Assembly (NCBI RefSeq): GCF_001194135.2
Contig: NC_068994.1
Location: forward strand, 4,684,280 to 4,748,279
Reading direction: 5' to 3'
DNA length: 64,000 nucleotides
Origin: Octopus bimaculoides
Lineage: Eukaryota
Shown: in pieces, positions 1-12,350 of the stretch
Layout: every line of letters begins with the position of its first letter
Position numbering within the stretch: position 1 is the stretch's first letter
Position numbers and translations under genes: made by a program
Notes under the pieces: model-generated
Database searches by the model: none
What the model was told of the DNA's origin: nothing
Seen by the model: the letters and a program-made list of their open reading frames with translations, nothing else

Positions 1-1069
1 GAACCCTGCTGTACTCTTTCACTGCAACTTTCTCTCGCTCTTTCTTCCTGTTTCTGTTGTACCTGTAATTCAAAGGGGCCAGCCTTGTCACACTGTGTCA
101 CGCTGAATCTCCCCGAGAACTACGTTAAGGGTACACATGTCTGTGGAGTGCTCAGCCACTTGCACGTTAATTTCAAGAGCAGGCTGTTCTGTTGATCGGA
201 TCAACTGGAACCCTCGTCGTCGTAACCGACAGAGTGCCACAATGTGTGTGTGTGTGTGTTTCTTTGTCTTTCCTTCCCCGCCATTTGACAACCAGTGTTG
301 GTTTGTTTACACTCAATAACTTTGCTGTTTTGCAAATGAGACTGATAATATAATTACCTGAATTTAACGAAGATAAGGACAGTGGTCAATTTATCCATCT
401 AAACCCTTCAACATGGTGGTGGTGGTGGCAGTGATGATGATGTGGTGGCATTGGTGGTGGTGGCAGTGGGGATGGTGTTGGTAGTGGTTGTGGTGCCAAT
501 GGTGGTAGCTGTAGTGACAGCAGTGGTGTAGAAAAGCAGAAGAAGTGGGAGTAGTAGTTACAGTAGTGATGCTGGTGCTAATGGAGGTGTTGTAGCATGG
601 TGGGGGTGGGGGGGATGGCAGGCACCGGCGCCAATGTTAAGAGGCAGAGACAGTAAATCAATGAGTATCAGATGGGCGTGGTCGATCCGACCCTTTTCAC
701 CCACCGCTATACCTCGTCCTTCGTTTCCATAGTTACCAACCAACTATGATGCCAGTTTACTGTTCAAGCACAACACCAACCACTAAGCCATCATTCAACC
801 CTACCACCCCACGCCACACCACCCCAGTCCATATTCTGCAGGGGTGGGGGAGGCAGGAAGGGGTCACAGTGGATGATTAGAGCAGACTTTTGGATTTGTT
901 ACATGGCCCAGAATCCAAGTCAGAATCCTCCTTATCATCACCATCATCATCATCACTGTCATCATTATTGCCATCATCATCATCGTCGCCATTGCCCACA
1001 GGCATATGGCATCGTGGTTAAGAGCGCAGGCTATTAACCCCAAGATTCCGAGTTCAATTCCAAGCAGTG

Positions 1070-1071
<2 letters not shown>

Positions 1072-1143
<72 letters not shown>

Positions 1144-1220
1144 AAGAAGAAGAAGAAGAAGAAGAAGAAGAAGAAGAAGAAGAACAACAACAACAACAAC
1201 AACAACAATAACAATAACAT
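1072..1220. repeat. Compound microsatellite (AAT)n-(AAG)n-(AAC)n
   Basis: Directly visible; three abutting trinucleotide tracts. Confidence 0.95.
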
Positions 1221-1225
1221 TGAAA

Positions 1226-1366
1226 AATACCTTAGGAATGAGAACCCAGGTTTGAAATTTCCCCAAGACACCTGATGAAGGCTGGAGGGTATATCAGCAG
1301 AAATGTGTTTAACAACGAACAAGATGAGGACAAATATCTGTCAAATGTATATAATGTAAATAATGT
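1226..1366 (+). mobile_element. Probable Penelope-like terminal-repeat fragment with a degenerate hammerhead motif
   Basis: GACAC-CTGATGA-A-GGCTG-(10 nt)-CAGCA-GAAA-T-GTGTT at 1267-1309. The PLE assignment rests on the known association of PLE terminal repeats with minimal hammerheads. Confidence 0.45.
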
Positions 1367-2443
1367 AAAAAAAGAGAATTATATTGGATAGAATAATCTG
1401 AACACTAAAGGGTTAAGATATCTAACTATGACAACTCCAGTCAAATAAGAGCAAAAAGCATTTCAGATATGCTCATACCATTCAATCTTCATCCAAAAAT
1501 GTTAATTTAAAAAAAAAAAACATGGTGGAGTTCAATGTGAGTGAAATTTTGGCTGCTATTTCTTGTAAGCTGTACAACCACATAGGTGCTACCACGTCAC
1601 TGTGTTCTTGTTTATCATGTAACGTTATGTGATATATATGAGGTGAAGGTTCATAGCCTAGTGGTTAGGGGGTTGCATTCATGATTGCTAGTTCACAGGT
1701 TCGATTTTCAGACTGTTCAGTACAATGTGCTCTTGAGCAAGGCACTCCATTTCACATTGTTCCAGTCCTTTTGGCTGTAAATGGGAAACCCTGCGATGGA
1801 CAAACGTTTTGATTAGAGGGAATGTTGGCCGGCCCACTTAGGCAGCAGGGTGGCATCATTCGAAAGCTAAAATGATGGAAAGTGCACTGTGATCAGCGAT
1901 GTATAACAACATCTGATAGTCTGTTCAATCACATGATATGGTGGAATTTAGTGGGTGAGTTGTCAGAATTGTTAGCAGGCCAGGTAAAATGCTCGGCAGC
2001 TTTTCCCCTGTGCTTGCATCCTGAGTTCAAAGTCCACTGAGGCCAACTCTGCCTTTCGGCCTTGCAGGGTCAATAAAATAGATACAACTTAACCAACCCC
2101 ACTCCAAACTTGCTGGCCTTGTGTCAAAATTTGAAACCAATGTGTTTATTGTAAGATAAAGTTAAAAAGAAATTGTTTAATCTATGAAGTTACACGTACA
2201 CTTGTGAGTGTATGTATGTGTTACATAGACTTGACTGTGTGTATATACATATATATATGTGTGTGAGTATCTGTGTATAAGTGTATCTATACAAATATAA
2301 CATATGTATGTATATTATTTTATTTGTGTGCTTGTTTTGCTAAATTTTTGATGTGAAAAATCTGTGCTGGAACAGACGTTGTTCTATCTTGGGAAGGTCA
2401 TTTTTGCCAATAAAGAAATACGTGTACAAGTTCTATATCACTT

Positions 2444-2503
2444 ATCATCATCATCATCATCATCATCATTATAGTTATTATTATTATTATTATTATGATT
2501 ATT

Positions 2504-2553
<50 letters not shown>

Positions 2554-2593
2554 TATAGTTATTATGATTATTATTATGATTATTATTATGATT

Positions 2594-2637
<44 letters not shown>

Positions 2638-3266
2638 TATAGTTATTATTATTATTATTATGATTATTATTATTATNNNNNNNNNNNNNNNNNNNNNNNN
2701 NNNNNNNNNNNNNNNNNNNNNNNNNNNNNNNNNNNNNNNNNNNNNNNNNNNNNNNNNNNNNNNNNNNNNNNNNNNNNNNNNNNNNNNNNNNNNNNNNNNN
2801 NNNNNNNNNNNNNNNNNNNNNNNNNNNNNNNNNNNNNNNNNNNNNNNNNNNNNNNNNNNNNNNNNNNNNNNNNNNNNNNNNNNNNNNNNNNNNNNNNNNN
2901 NNNNNNNNNNNNNNNNNNNNNNNNNNNNNNNNNNNNNNNNNNNNNNNNNNNNNNNNNNNNNNNNNNNNNNNNNNNNNNNNNNNNNNNNNNNNNNNNNNNN
3001 NNNNNNNNNNNNNNNNNNNNNNNNNNNNNNNNNNNNNNNNNNNNNNNNNNNNNNNNNNNNNNNNNNNNNNNNNNNNNNNNNNNNNNNNNNNNNNNNNNNN
3101 NNNNNNNNNNNNNNNNNNNNNNNNNNNNNNNNNNNNNNNNNNNNNNNNNNNNNNNNNNNNNNNNNNNNNNNNNNNNNNNNNNNNNNNNNNNNNNNNNNNN
3201 NNNNNNNNNNNNNNNNNNNNNNNNNNNNNNNNNNNNNNNNNNNNNNNNNNNNNNNNNNNNNNNNNN

Positions 3267-3310
<44 letters not shown>

Positions 3311-3430
3311 TATAGTTATTATTATTATTATTATGATTATTATTATTATGATTATTATTATGATTATTATTATTATGATTATTATTATGATTATTATTAT
3401 TATCATTATTATTATTATTATCATCATCAT
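2444..3430. repeat. Higher-order (CAT)n/(TAT)n compound microsatellite spanning an N-gap
   Basis: The unit (CAT)n-TATAGT-(TAT)n-GAT... recurs three times before the gap and once after it. Confidence 0.9.
2677..3266. other. Assembly gap (others: 29472-29632, 34014-34310, 36702-36748, 39275-39668, 52009-52018, 52576-52705, 61025-61034)
   Basis: Runs of N. Confidence 0.99.
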
Positions 3431-5999
3431 TATTATGGCTATTATTAGGACAGCAAGCTGCCAGAATCGTTAGCATGCCGGGCGAAATGCTTGGCAGCAT
3501 TTCGTCTGTCTTTACGTTCTGAGTTCAAATTCCACCGAGGTCAACTTTGCCGTTCATCCTTTCGGGGGTCGATTAAATGAGTACCAGTTACGCACTGGAG
3601 CCGATGTAATCAACTTAAACCCTTCCCCCAAATTTGAGGCCCTGTGCTTCCAGTAGAAAGGATTATTATTATTATCACCATCATCATTATTATCATTATT
3701 ATCATTATTATTATTATCATTATTATTATCATTATTATTATTATTATTATTAATAATAATAAGGCGGTGAGCTAATAGAACCATGCCCGTGCCAGGCAAA
3801 ATGTCTAGCAGCATTTCATGCAATTCTATGTAGCTGTTTCTGCTATAAGAAGCAATGCACATGTAGATGAATGGTTGTATATCTTATATCTTTATCAGAG
3901 CAATTAAAATGAAGTGTACGTTTATTTTACACACACACACATAATGTGATTGGTTGTGGTTTGTAATAAAAAGAAAACCCAATTTATACCAAAACAGTGA
4001 AGTTGTAAAATATAGTTTAACGATGATCATACAAAGAAATGATGCTCATTACTCTTAGTTTCCTGCAAAGCTGACTGTTCAGCACTTGTCAGATGTGCAC
4101 ATCATGGATTTAAGCAAAGAAAAAAGAAGAAAAAAACCCACTGGCAGTGTCCCAGTTAAATCCATACCATACACATCAGATGAGTTTGTGTATGAGAGGT
4201 GGGTCACCATTATATGAAACTTGGAGCCACTACCATTGTTTGTGATTTTGACTATTAAACTATACATACATACATACATACATACGTACATACATGTAGC
4301 CATTATTTTAGATTTGACAGTGACAGATAGACTATGCTCTGCTGCTGATGTTCTCATAAGAATGGAGCCTGTCAAAGTCCAGGCCACTCGTTACTACTTT
4401 TTACTTTTAATCAATTTGAATTAAAATCTTGGGGTTACCACCCTTTCCTTTCTAGATCAGAATTAACCATTATGATAATTTAAAAATACAAAAAAAAAAG
4501 CTACATTAAATATGTTAACGCCCACTCTTCTAATAGCTTTTCCCGCAGCAGGGGCCTGTGAGAGGTTTACCTTAGTCATTTGGCTTTAGGAAGGGCATTT
4601 GGCCGTAAAAACCATGTCAAAACAGACAGGGGAGCTTGGTGCAGCCCGCTGGCTTGTCAGCTCCTGTCAAGCCGTCCAACCCATGCTAGCATAGAAAATG
4701 GACTTTAAATGATGATGATTATGATGATCGTCATCATTCTATTCATCAAATTTCGAGTATTATTCAAGGCCTCACACCAGCACAACATAAAAAATGACGT
4801 TTCTAACGGCTTGTTTCAACTCTAGCTATATCCTGTCTCCTCATCTTTTCACTGAAGACATGATATAAATATAGGAATTATATGTACAATTATTGTAGTT
4901 TCAGTTGCTCTCTTTATTGTTAAGTTTACGTGTTTATAGCAAGACGATGCAATTTTGAGTTATTCGCGACGCCCTGATTTTAGCGCCTCAGGTGACCGTC
5001 TAATTTACGAAGTGCATAGCGCCGGTCCTGGTTATAAGTTGATTCAAATTTTTCGGTAAAATATTCTGTTACTAATAACATAAACTCACTGCGGATGTAA
5101 TCCCGTTAAGCTAAAGCCATCATGGAGCTTTAGACTTCGATACTAATCCCTCCTTTTTCTCTTATATGACAAATCTTAAATAAAGTTCAAGAACGCATTA
5201 ACAAAATAAAAATATTTAACTTATTCTTGACGAAGGCTGGACAATGAACTAGATTGGGACCCCGGCTTTTTCTTGAAGTCTGAAAGCATCAAATGTTGAA
5301 ATCTGCAAATGTCGCGACATAGAATATCGTCGAAGTCTAAATGAAACTGTCCCATTCTCTGAAGAAGAGTTCATCGTTCAATCCCGCCAACGGCACACTG
5401 ACATGGATAATGTCTTACAAAACTTTATTGACCTGATTTTTGTTTAAACTGACCACCACCAGTCTCCCCGAATAAAAAAATGTTTGTCTTTTACATGAAA
5501 CAATATTTGAAACCGTATCGATCGATGTACGTGTCCCATTAGGATTGACTGGGACTTTGCTCTTCTATGTGGTTTTGGGACAGAAATAGTGGGACATCAT
5601 CTGCTTAGGATGTGAAAAAAAAAAAGAAGAAAAAAAGAACAAGATTATCCAAGAGTAAAGGCCTCGTGAGAGATATATCCTCCTAGACAACACTTGTGGC
5701 CGACTAACTGTAATATTTACTGTAATATTTATACTATGTAATTCTCTATGTTTATATTATTGTGTGAATATTTCAATGTATTTGTATGAACAGACACACA
5801 CACATAAATATGTACACATACATATTTCCACTCAACTCGTCTGGCATGACAATTATCTCCCTTGGCAAACATTTTTCTTTCGTTTGAAATTTGAAAACAA
5901 TGATTTAAAAAACAAGAAACCCATATTAAAAGACTTTACAAGAAATACGAATATCAAATTCATGGATGATATTTTCCAAATGAAACATTTCGGACTGTT

Positions 6000-6310
6000 C
6001 TGTGATCCAAAACAGAAAATCCGGCCGGAACTTCTTACGTCTTGCCACAGTTAACTCCCCTGACTCGATGATGGCTCTCTTTGCTTTCCATAACTGTTCA
6101 GTCTTATTTTCGAGACATTTTGTCACTTGTAGACCAGACAGAGTCGTTGTCGGCGGCCTATCCACCCCCATGTCGGAGTTGTGAGCTAGAGAGAAAGTAC
6201 AGCCGGGAACAGAAAGTGTCGAAACCAAAGGCCTGCTCTCCATTCCGAGCATTTACAGTCGACTGGGGGGACGGCTTGCTCTAAGTACACAGAGACATTC
6301 ATCCGAAAGG
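6000..6310 (+). other. Putative non-coding exon, possibly a ZNF-A 5' UTR exon (5' boundary uncertain)
   Basis: Relatively CpG-rich unique sequence ending in the consensus donor AGG|GTAAGT (6311-16). Confidence 0.35.
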
Positions 6311-7230
6311 GTAAGTGCCCTGACCATTCACACACACACACACACATTACTTGATCGCCTACACACAGACACATCATCTCACTGTACCAATATATACAGA
6401 AACACACACACCAACTACAGAAAGGCAATCGCGGGTGTATTTCTATAGTCGTGTACATATGGCTATAGAGAGATAAATTCACACAAAATTGAACATATGC
6501 GTATGTATATATGTATGTATATATATAATGACATGTATTTATGTATAACTAACATGCTTATTAGTTAATTAAAATCAATGATGAATTAACATATGTGCGT
6601 GTATGCGTGTGTGTACGTGCGTGTATGTGTGTAAGCATTTGTACTTGTGTCTATCAAAAATGTTTTCATAAATATATATATATATATATATATATACTGT
6701 GTATGTTTGAATTTGCTGGCTTTATATGAAATTATTTAAAAGTTCATGTGTAATGTGTGATCAAGCGGTTGGCGCGGGGTAAAAAAAAATAAACAAACAA
6801 GTGAAACTGTAGCTGCTAATGAATACATCCATATATATGGGTGTGTATATATATATATATATGGAGCTGTCTACATTGTTTGACACCGGTCCGACGACAG
6901 GTCCAATTACCACCACTATCATCATTATCATAATTAAATGCTCTTTCTTACTGTCTGCTATTTTAAGTCCCACCATCCATTCATACGTCCACCCATACAC
7001 CCACTGCACTTTGTGTCAGTTCAAACACATCCACCCACTGCTGCTCTCTCGCCATTTACTGAATTCTTTTAAAAGTCCGTTCGTCGTTTTTAAAACAATG
7101 GTTTTTGTCTGAAGACACTAAAACACAAACACACACACACACACACATCTACTCAGTCACACGTCAGAACGCATACAGGCATTCGTATAAATCTGTATTC
7201 ACAATTTAATATACACACACAAATTCAGTT

Positions 7231-7268
<38 letters not shown>

Positions 7269-8936
7269 TGAAAGAGAGAGCGGAAGGTGGGACACACGCG
7301 CGCCCGCACGCTCATACATTCAGGGAGTGGGAGGGAGAGAGAGAGACGAGCTAGAACTGGAATGGCCGTCAGTCCATTAGCGGCGATATATCATCAACCT
7401 CCACTACCACCACCATCATCATCATCACCATTTACTGGACTGAAGTAGAGGAAGTGGGAGGAACAGTTTGCCTTCCTTCATGTCCCCCCCCCTTAATCAC
7501 TGTTCTCTTTTATGAAAGTAGCCACCATCACCACCGTCTCTTTGTCTTTCTCTCTCAGTCCACCACACTGCTAATAAATTGACATTTCGTTTTCTTGTTG
7601 GGGGTTAGTCTATGTGTCTATGTATATATTTCTGCGCGCGCGTGTGTGTGTTTATGAATAGCTATAGCAATGTGTATTCATTTAATACACCTTGACAGTC
7701 GGTTTTCATCTACCCATATCCTGCGATCCGGTTTCAATCCTCAGCTACATCATCTTTGAACAATCCAAATCGCATTTTCCCACCACTTTTACAAATTCAA
7801 CAACCATTTTCCCTCCACACTCCACATATGTAATGTATGTGTGTGTGTAGACGCAATGTTGAATGCTTACAAATAAGTTTTCTCGGTGTGTAAAGTACGT
7901 GTGTAGAGCAGCGAGTATAAATATCTCTCACCTTTATGTAGGGGGTCGGGGCTGGGGCCTCTAGAGTTCATTGACGCAGCCTCGTCCCAGCCCTTCCCAT
8001 CCGACCAATTAAACTTTGATAAAATCTGAACATGGTTTTGTTTATCTTTTACTTGTCTCAGTCATTAGACTGAGGCACTGTCTCGATGAATGTCTAGTCG
8101 AACAAATCGGTCTCAGTACTTTTTTTTTTTCTAAAGCCCATTACTTATTCTGTTAGTTCTATTTGCCGAACCGCTTGATGACGGGCACGTAAACACACCA
8201 ACACCGGTTGTCATGCTGTGGTGGGGGACAAACACTGACATAAAGACAAACAAAAACACGCACCTATCTATTTGTCTATCAATGAATATAATATATATAC
8301 ACACATGACGGGATTCTTTCAGTTTCCGTCTACCAAATCCACTCACAAGGTTCTGGTCGGCCTAAGGCTATAGTAGAAGGTACTTGCTCAAGGTATCACG
8401 CAGCGGCACTGAAATCGGGAGTACGATTACCCTGTTGGGTTCTGTGCATCCCCAACTCAACTCTGATAAGAAAACACTTATCATAGGCCGTGCCCATCCA
8501 GTCTTTTGACAGTCTCAGTATGTTTATTTTTATTTTTCCATGTTGACCCAGCGTAATTTGAGAGATTTGCCTGCTATTTCTAACAGATAGAGCCACCATG
8601 TAGTGACACCCTTGTTGTTCACCTATAAGTTTTGAAGTTGTTCATGTATGTTGCAGTTTAACCCCCCCACCCAGTCGCCTGGCGTTTCAGCCATAACCAC
8701 CCCCAACGATTTCTCTTGTATATTCTCTTTTTAAGATGTCAGGGTTTAATACGAAAGAAATTCGGCTCCTATTTTAGAAGACCGATCCCGTATATATGTC
8801 TCCCTCGCTGGCTTGATGCCTGTATTTACATATTAACTTTTAGAGTGTTTGTTCAACTTTTGGAATGGTTGTTTTCGTAATCTTTTCCGCCTTCTGGTAT
8901 CACTTGTAGTGAGTATGGAGTTGTATTATGGATGGA

Positions 8937-9218
8937 CAGTGGCGGACTGGCTAGGTTGCCAGCTTTGGCCGATGGCAAGTGGGTCCCTTCGCCATTAGAA
9001 TCCACATATGGGGAGGGGGCCCATCCCCTCGAGTTTGGGAATTTTTTATTCACTCCTGGAAGGATGCATTATTTCAACCTGTCTGTGTTTGTAGACAGTT
9101 GAAAAGAATACTTTAAACCAAAAAAAAAAAAAGGAAAAATTAAATGATAGCATTGTAGTTGCGGGTGGGCCCCCTTACTTTCCTGGCGACCAATATTTTT
9201 AGACCCAGTCCGCCACTG
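8937..9218. mobile_element. hAT-type MITE (282 bp)
   Basis: Perfect 14-bp TIR CAGTGGCGGACTGG / CCAGTCCGCCACTG. The 8-bp flanks TGGATGGA / TAGATGCA match 6/8, consistent with a decayed TSD. Confidence 0.75.
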
Positions 9219-9257
9219 TAGATGCATGTTTCTTTTTAATTGCCAACCACTCGTTCA

Positions 9258-9295
<38 letters not shown>

Positions 9296-9689
9296 GGCTG
9301 TGTAGTTTAGTTTCTGTTCTCTCTGGCAATACATACACACACACATCATGTATGTGTGTGTGTATGTAATGTGCATACATCTGTTTATGTGTGTGTGTGT
9401 GTGTACTAATTAAACAACTATGTTGTCTGTATGTGTGCTGCATGTGTCGATGATGATTTTATTCAGGTCTTCCCCTGCTTTCCCCACCCTTAAACAGTCT
9501 GTAATAAGGAGACATCTATTAACTGTCCCTACTGTTACTCTGCTCCGTCCTTCGCCCCTGTCCCTAACCACTCTCTCACCACGCCACTGACCAGCCTTTG
9601 TCCGTCCTCTTCCAGTTAACTGACCTCTCGTAACTGTCTAAACAAGAACCTGCTAACGCCACGACATTTTTACGAGTCACCGAGGGAGC

Positions 9690-10090
9690 CTCAACCCAAC
9701 CACTCGATCTACTAGAAATAGCAGTCCCAACTCCCTCAAAATTGCCGTCTTGAAAAAAGGATACATTGGATAATGGGAGCCTTGGTTCCCTGCATGTAGT
9801 AAAAAGAGGGGATGGTTACGGCTGGAATACTTTTGATCTGAGGTCTGATGGATCGAAGCTGACCGAAACAACATCAATCATGACACCTACAAGACAGTGA
9901 AAGAGCTTCTATGTGGCCACTCAACCTGCTAGAAATAGTAACCAATTCTCTTTCAAGTCACACTCTATCTCCTTAAAGAAATGGAAGTACACATTGGACA
10001 ATGTAGTCATAAATATACAAAAATGACTGGATGGTCACTGCTGGAATGTCGTTTGACCAGGACAGACCTAAATAATAGCATTCACCTAAA
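9690..10090 (+). mobile_element. Interspersed repeat family D (GCTAGAAATAGCAGCCAAAT...GATGGTCACGGCTGGAA), two tandem copies
   Basis: The same motif recurs at about 17810-17975, 18225-18425, 26420-26570 (-), 26820-27020, 27560-27740 (-), 27755-27950, 40920-41110 (-), 60330-60500 and 60820-61015. Confidence 0.7.
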
Positions 10091-12289
10091 CTTACTCCAC
10101 AATCGTCTTCAGCCACTTCTTCAATTAGTGAAGGTTGATTGTATAATTAGTAATGGGGAGTTCTTTCATTACATTTGTTTGTTTTTATGTCTGTTTTTTC
10201 CATCCTGGCATGGGCTAGATGAGTACATAATATTGAGGTATTGTTTTGCAACTGGATGCTCTTTCTGTCACTGTCATGCACACATTTTTAAGTAAGGGAT
10301 TTCTTATTTCACATATCTTTGAAAGCATGAAGCTAATGGACAGTTTGTTGATAGAAAATATAACAAGACTATCACCACATGTTGCTTGCAGTTTTTGGAG
10401 AAATATGAAAATAAACAAATATGCAGATGCACATGCATTCACACATGCGTCCCTTACTTGAACAGCACATATGGATCATGTGAGCTACCAGCAGTCGTCT
10501 CAGAACTGAGCTCTGATGGTCCACAGCAAGTTTTATGTCCTTACTGTGTTGTTGCATTTGTATTTGATGGCTCGTGAAGTTTCCTTGTGAATTTTGTGGA
10601 CCATTTTCTGTAAAAAGTTTAGCATTAATATCACTTCGCTAGAGATCAGAAATTGTATCCATTTGTCTGCATTGGAAACAATTCCTCTTGGACAAGAAGA
10701 CCCGTCTTCTACCATGCCTGCTGACCTTATCAATTCAATTCTTACTTCACTGCCTCCCATTAAACTTTGTATTCATGATGATGATCATCATCTTTTAACT
10801 TCCACTTTCCCTGCTGGCATGAGTTGGGCGGTTTCACAGGGGCTGGCCAGGCTCCTATTGTCTGTTTTAGCTTGGTTCTTATGGCCGGATGTCCTTCCCA
10901 AAGCCAATCACTTTAAAGAGAGTGCTGGGTGCACTTACGTAGCACTGGCGCAAGTGCGTTTTATATGGCACTAGCACCTCTCAGCTGGGAGAGGGGATGG
11001 GGCCATGGGCATAAAGGACATGCCAGTATGTATGGATTGGTCATAATTTTACTTAGCTTGACATGCCTTCTCAAGTACTGCAAATTGCCACAAGTCATGG
11101 TCCCTTGTCAAATTGCCATAAGTCCGGGTCCCTTGTCCCAAGTATATATATAATTAAAATTAATCAAAGGACATACTAAGTATGTCTACCTGCTAGAAAT
11201 AACAGTCAAAACTCTTATTTAAATCGCCAAAGTACACTGATAATAACTACAGAAATCAACCATCTGAATGCAATCTCCCAACGTACATTCATGGGTTGGG
11301 TGAATATATTAATGACATGGATTTTACAGCCAGATGCCCTTCTTGAGTTGAGAATTTGCTTCTCAACAGCATGATTTCATGTTCAGTCCTGCTGTGTGGA
11401 ACTTTGGGCAAGTGTCTTCTATTACAACTTTCTTATGTGGTGCCGGCACAGGTGTCTTTTACATGGCACCAGCACGGGTGGTTTTTATGCGAACACCAGC
11501 ATCCGTTTCCAATATTTTTTGAAAGGGCATCTGGTCGTAGAAAATCTGTCTCAGTAAACTCCATCCGACCCATGCAGTCATGGAAAGAGGGTTACTAAAA
11601 TAATAATTGATATGTATATAAGCAAGCATATGTGTGTGTGTACAATTATACTTTTATACAACAATCTGTATTTGAGATTTGCTCTAGCCTTCTTCTTCTG
11701 TCCTGGTTTAATTTTCTTCCTCTTTCTTGCTTACTTGCAGATGGCAACAGCGTGATGTCCAACTCGGCGGGAGATATGAAAGACCAAAGAAAGCCGTGAT
11801 GCATGGCTGATCATTCGGGCGAACAACTAATATGGTGGCTATTCAATGTTGTCTGTGTATTAACACAGAGGGGATGGGGAGCCAGGCGTGCCCTCTGGTG
11901 ATCACATCCTTCTAGTCCCTTACTGGTTCATGATGACACCTTGGCTTGCGGGGTAAAGTCTTTCTGGCCACAACGCAACACTTCAGTTGCGCCCAAGTTT
12001 TATTTATGTCCCAACAGCAATAGTAGCAACACAAAATAATACAAAAATAACAGTTACAACAACAACAACAATAATAATTGAATAATAATAACAATAATAA
12101 TTATGATGCCAGTGGTTATTCTCCTATTTTCTTACTACCTCTTTGTTTAGGTAACGAGCTAATGAACTTGATATTGCGGTATTAGATATTAGCATGCTTA
12201 ATTGTGAGAAGTGGCTCCTTTTAATTAACAAATAAATTGCTCTATCGTGCTGACATCATCAATATCAGCTGTATTATAGCTATACATAC

Positions 12290-12350
<61 letters not shown>

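Noticed and set aside
864-3500. Long homopolymeric ORFs (poly-L/F/N/K/H/I/D)
   Set aside because: They are translations of microsatellites and N-gaps.
4079-4424. Short protein-like ORFs (e.g. MDLSKEKRRKKPTGSVPVKSIPY)
   Set aside because: No consistent splice phase or recognisable homology.
10386-10577. CPYC-x3-F motif on the plus strand as a possible decayed finger
   Set aside because: A stop follows and the His pair is missing.
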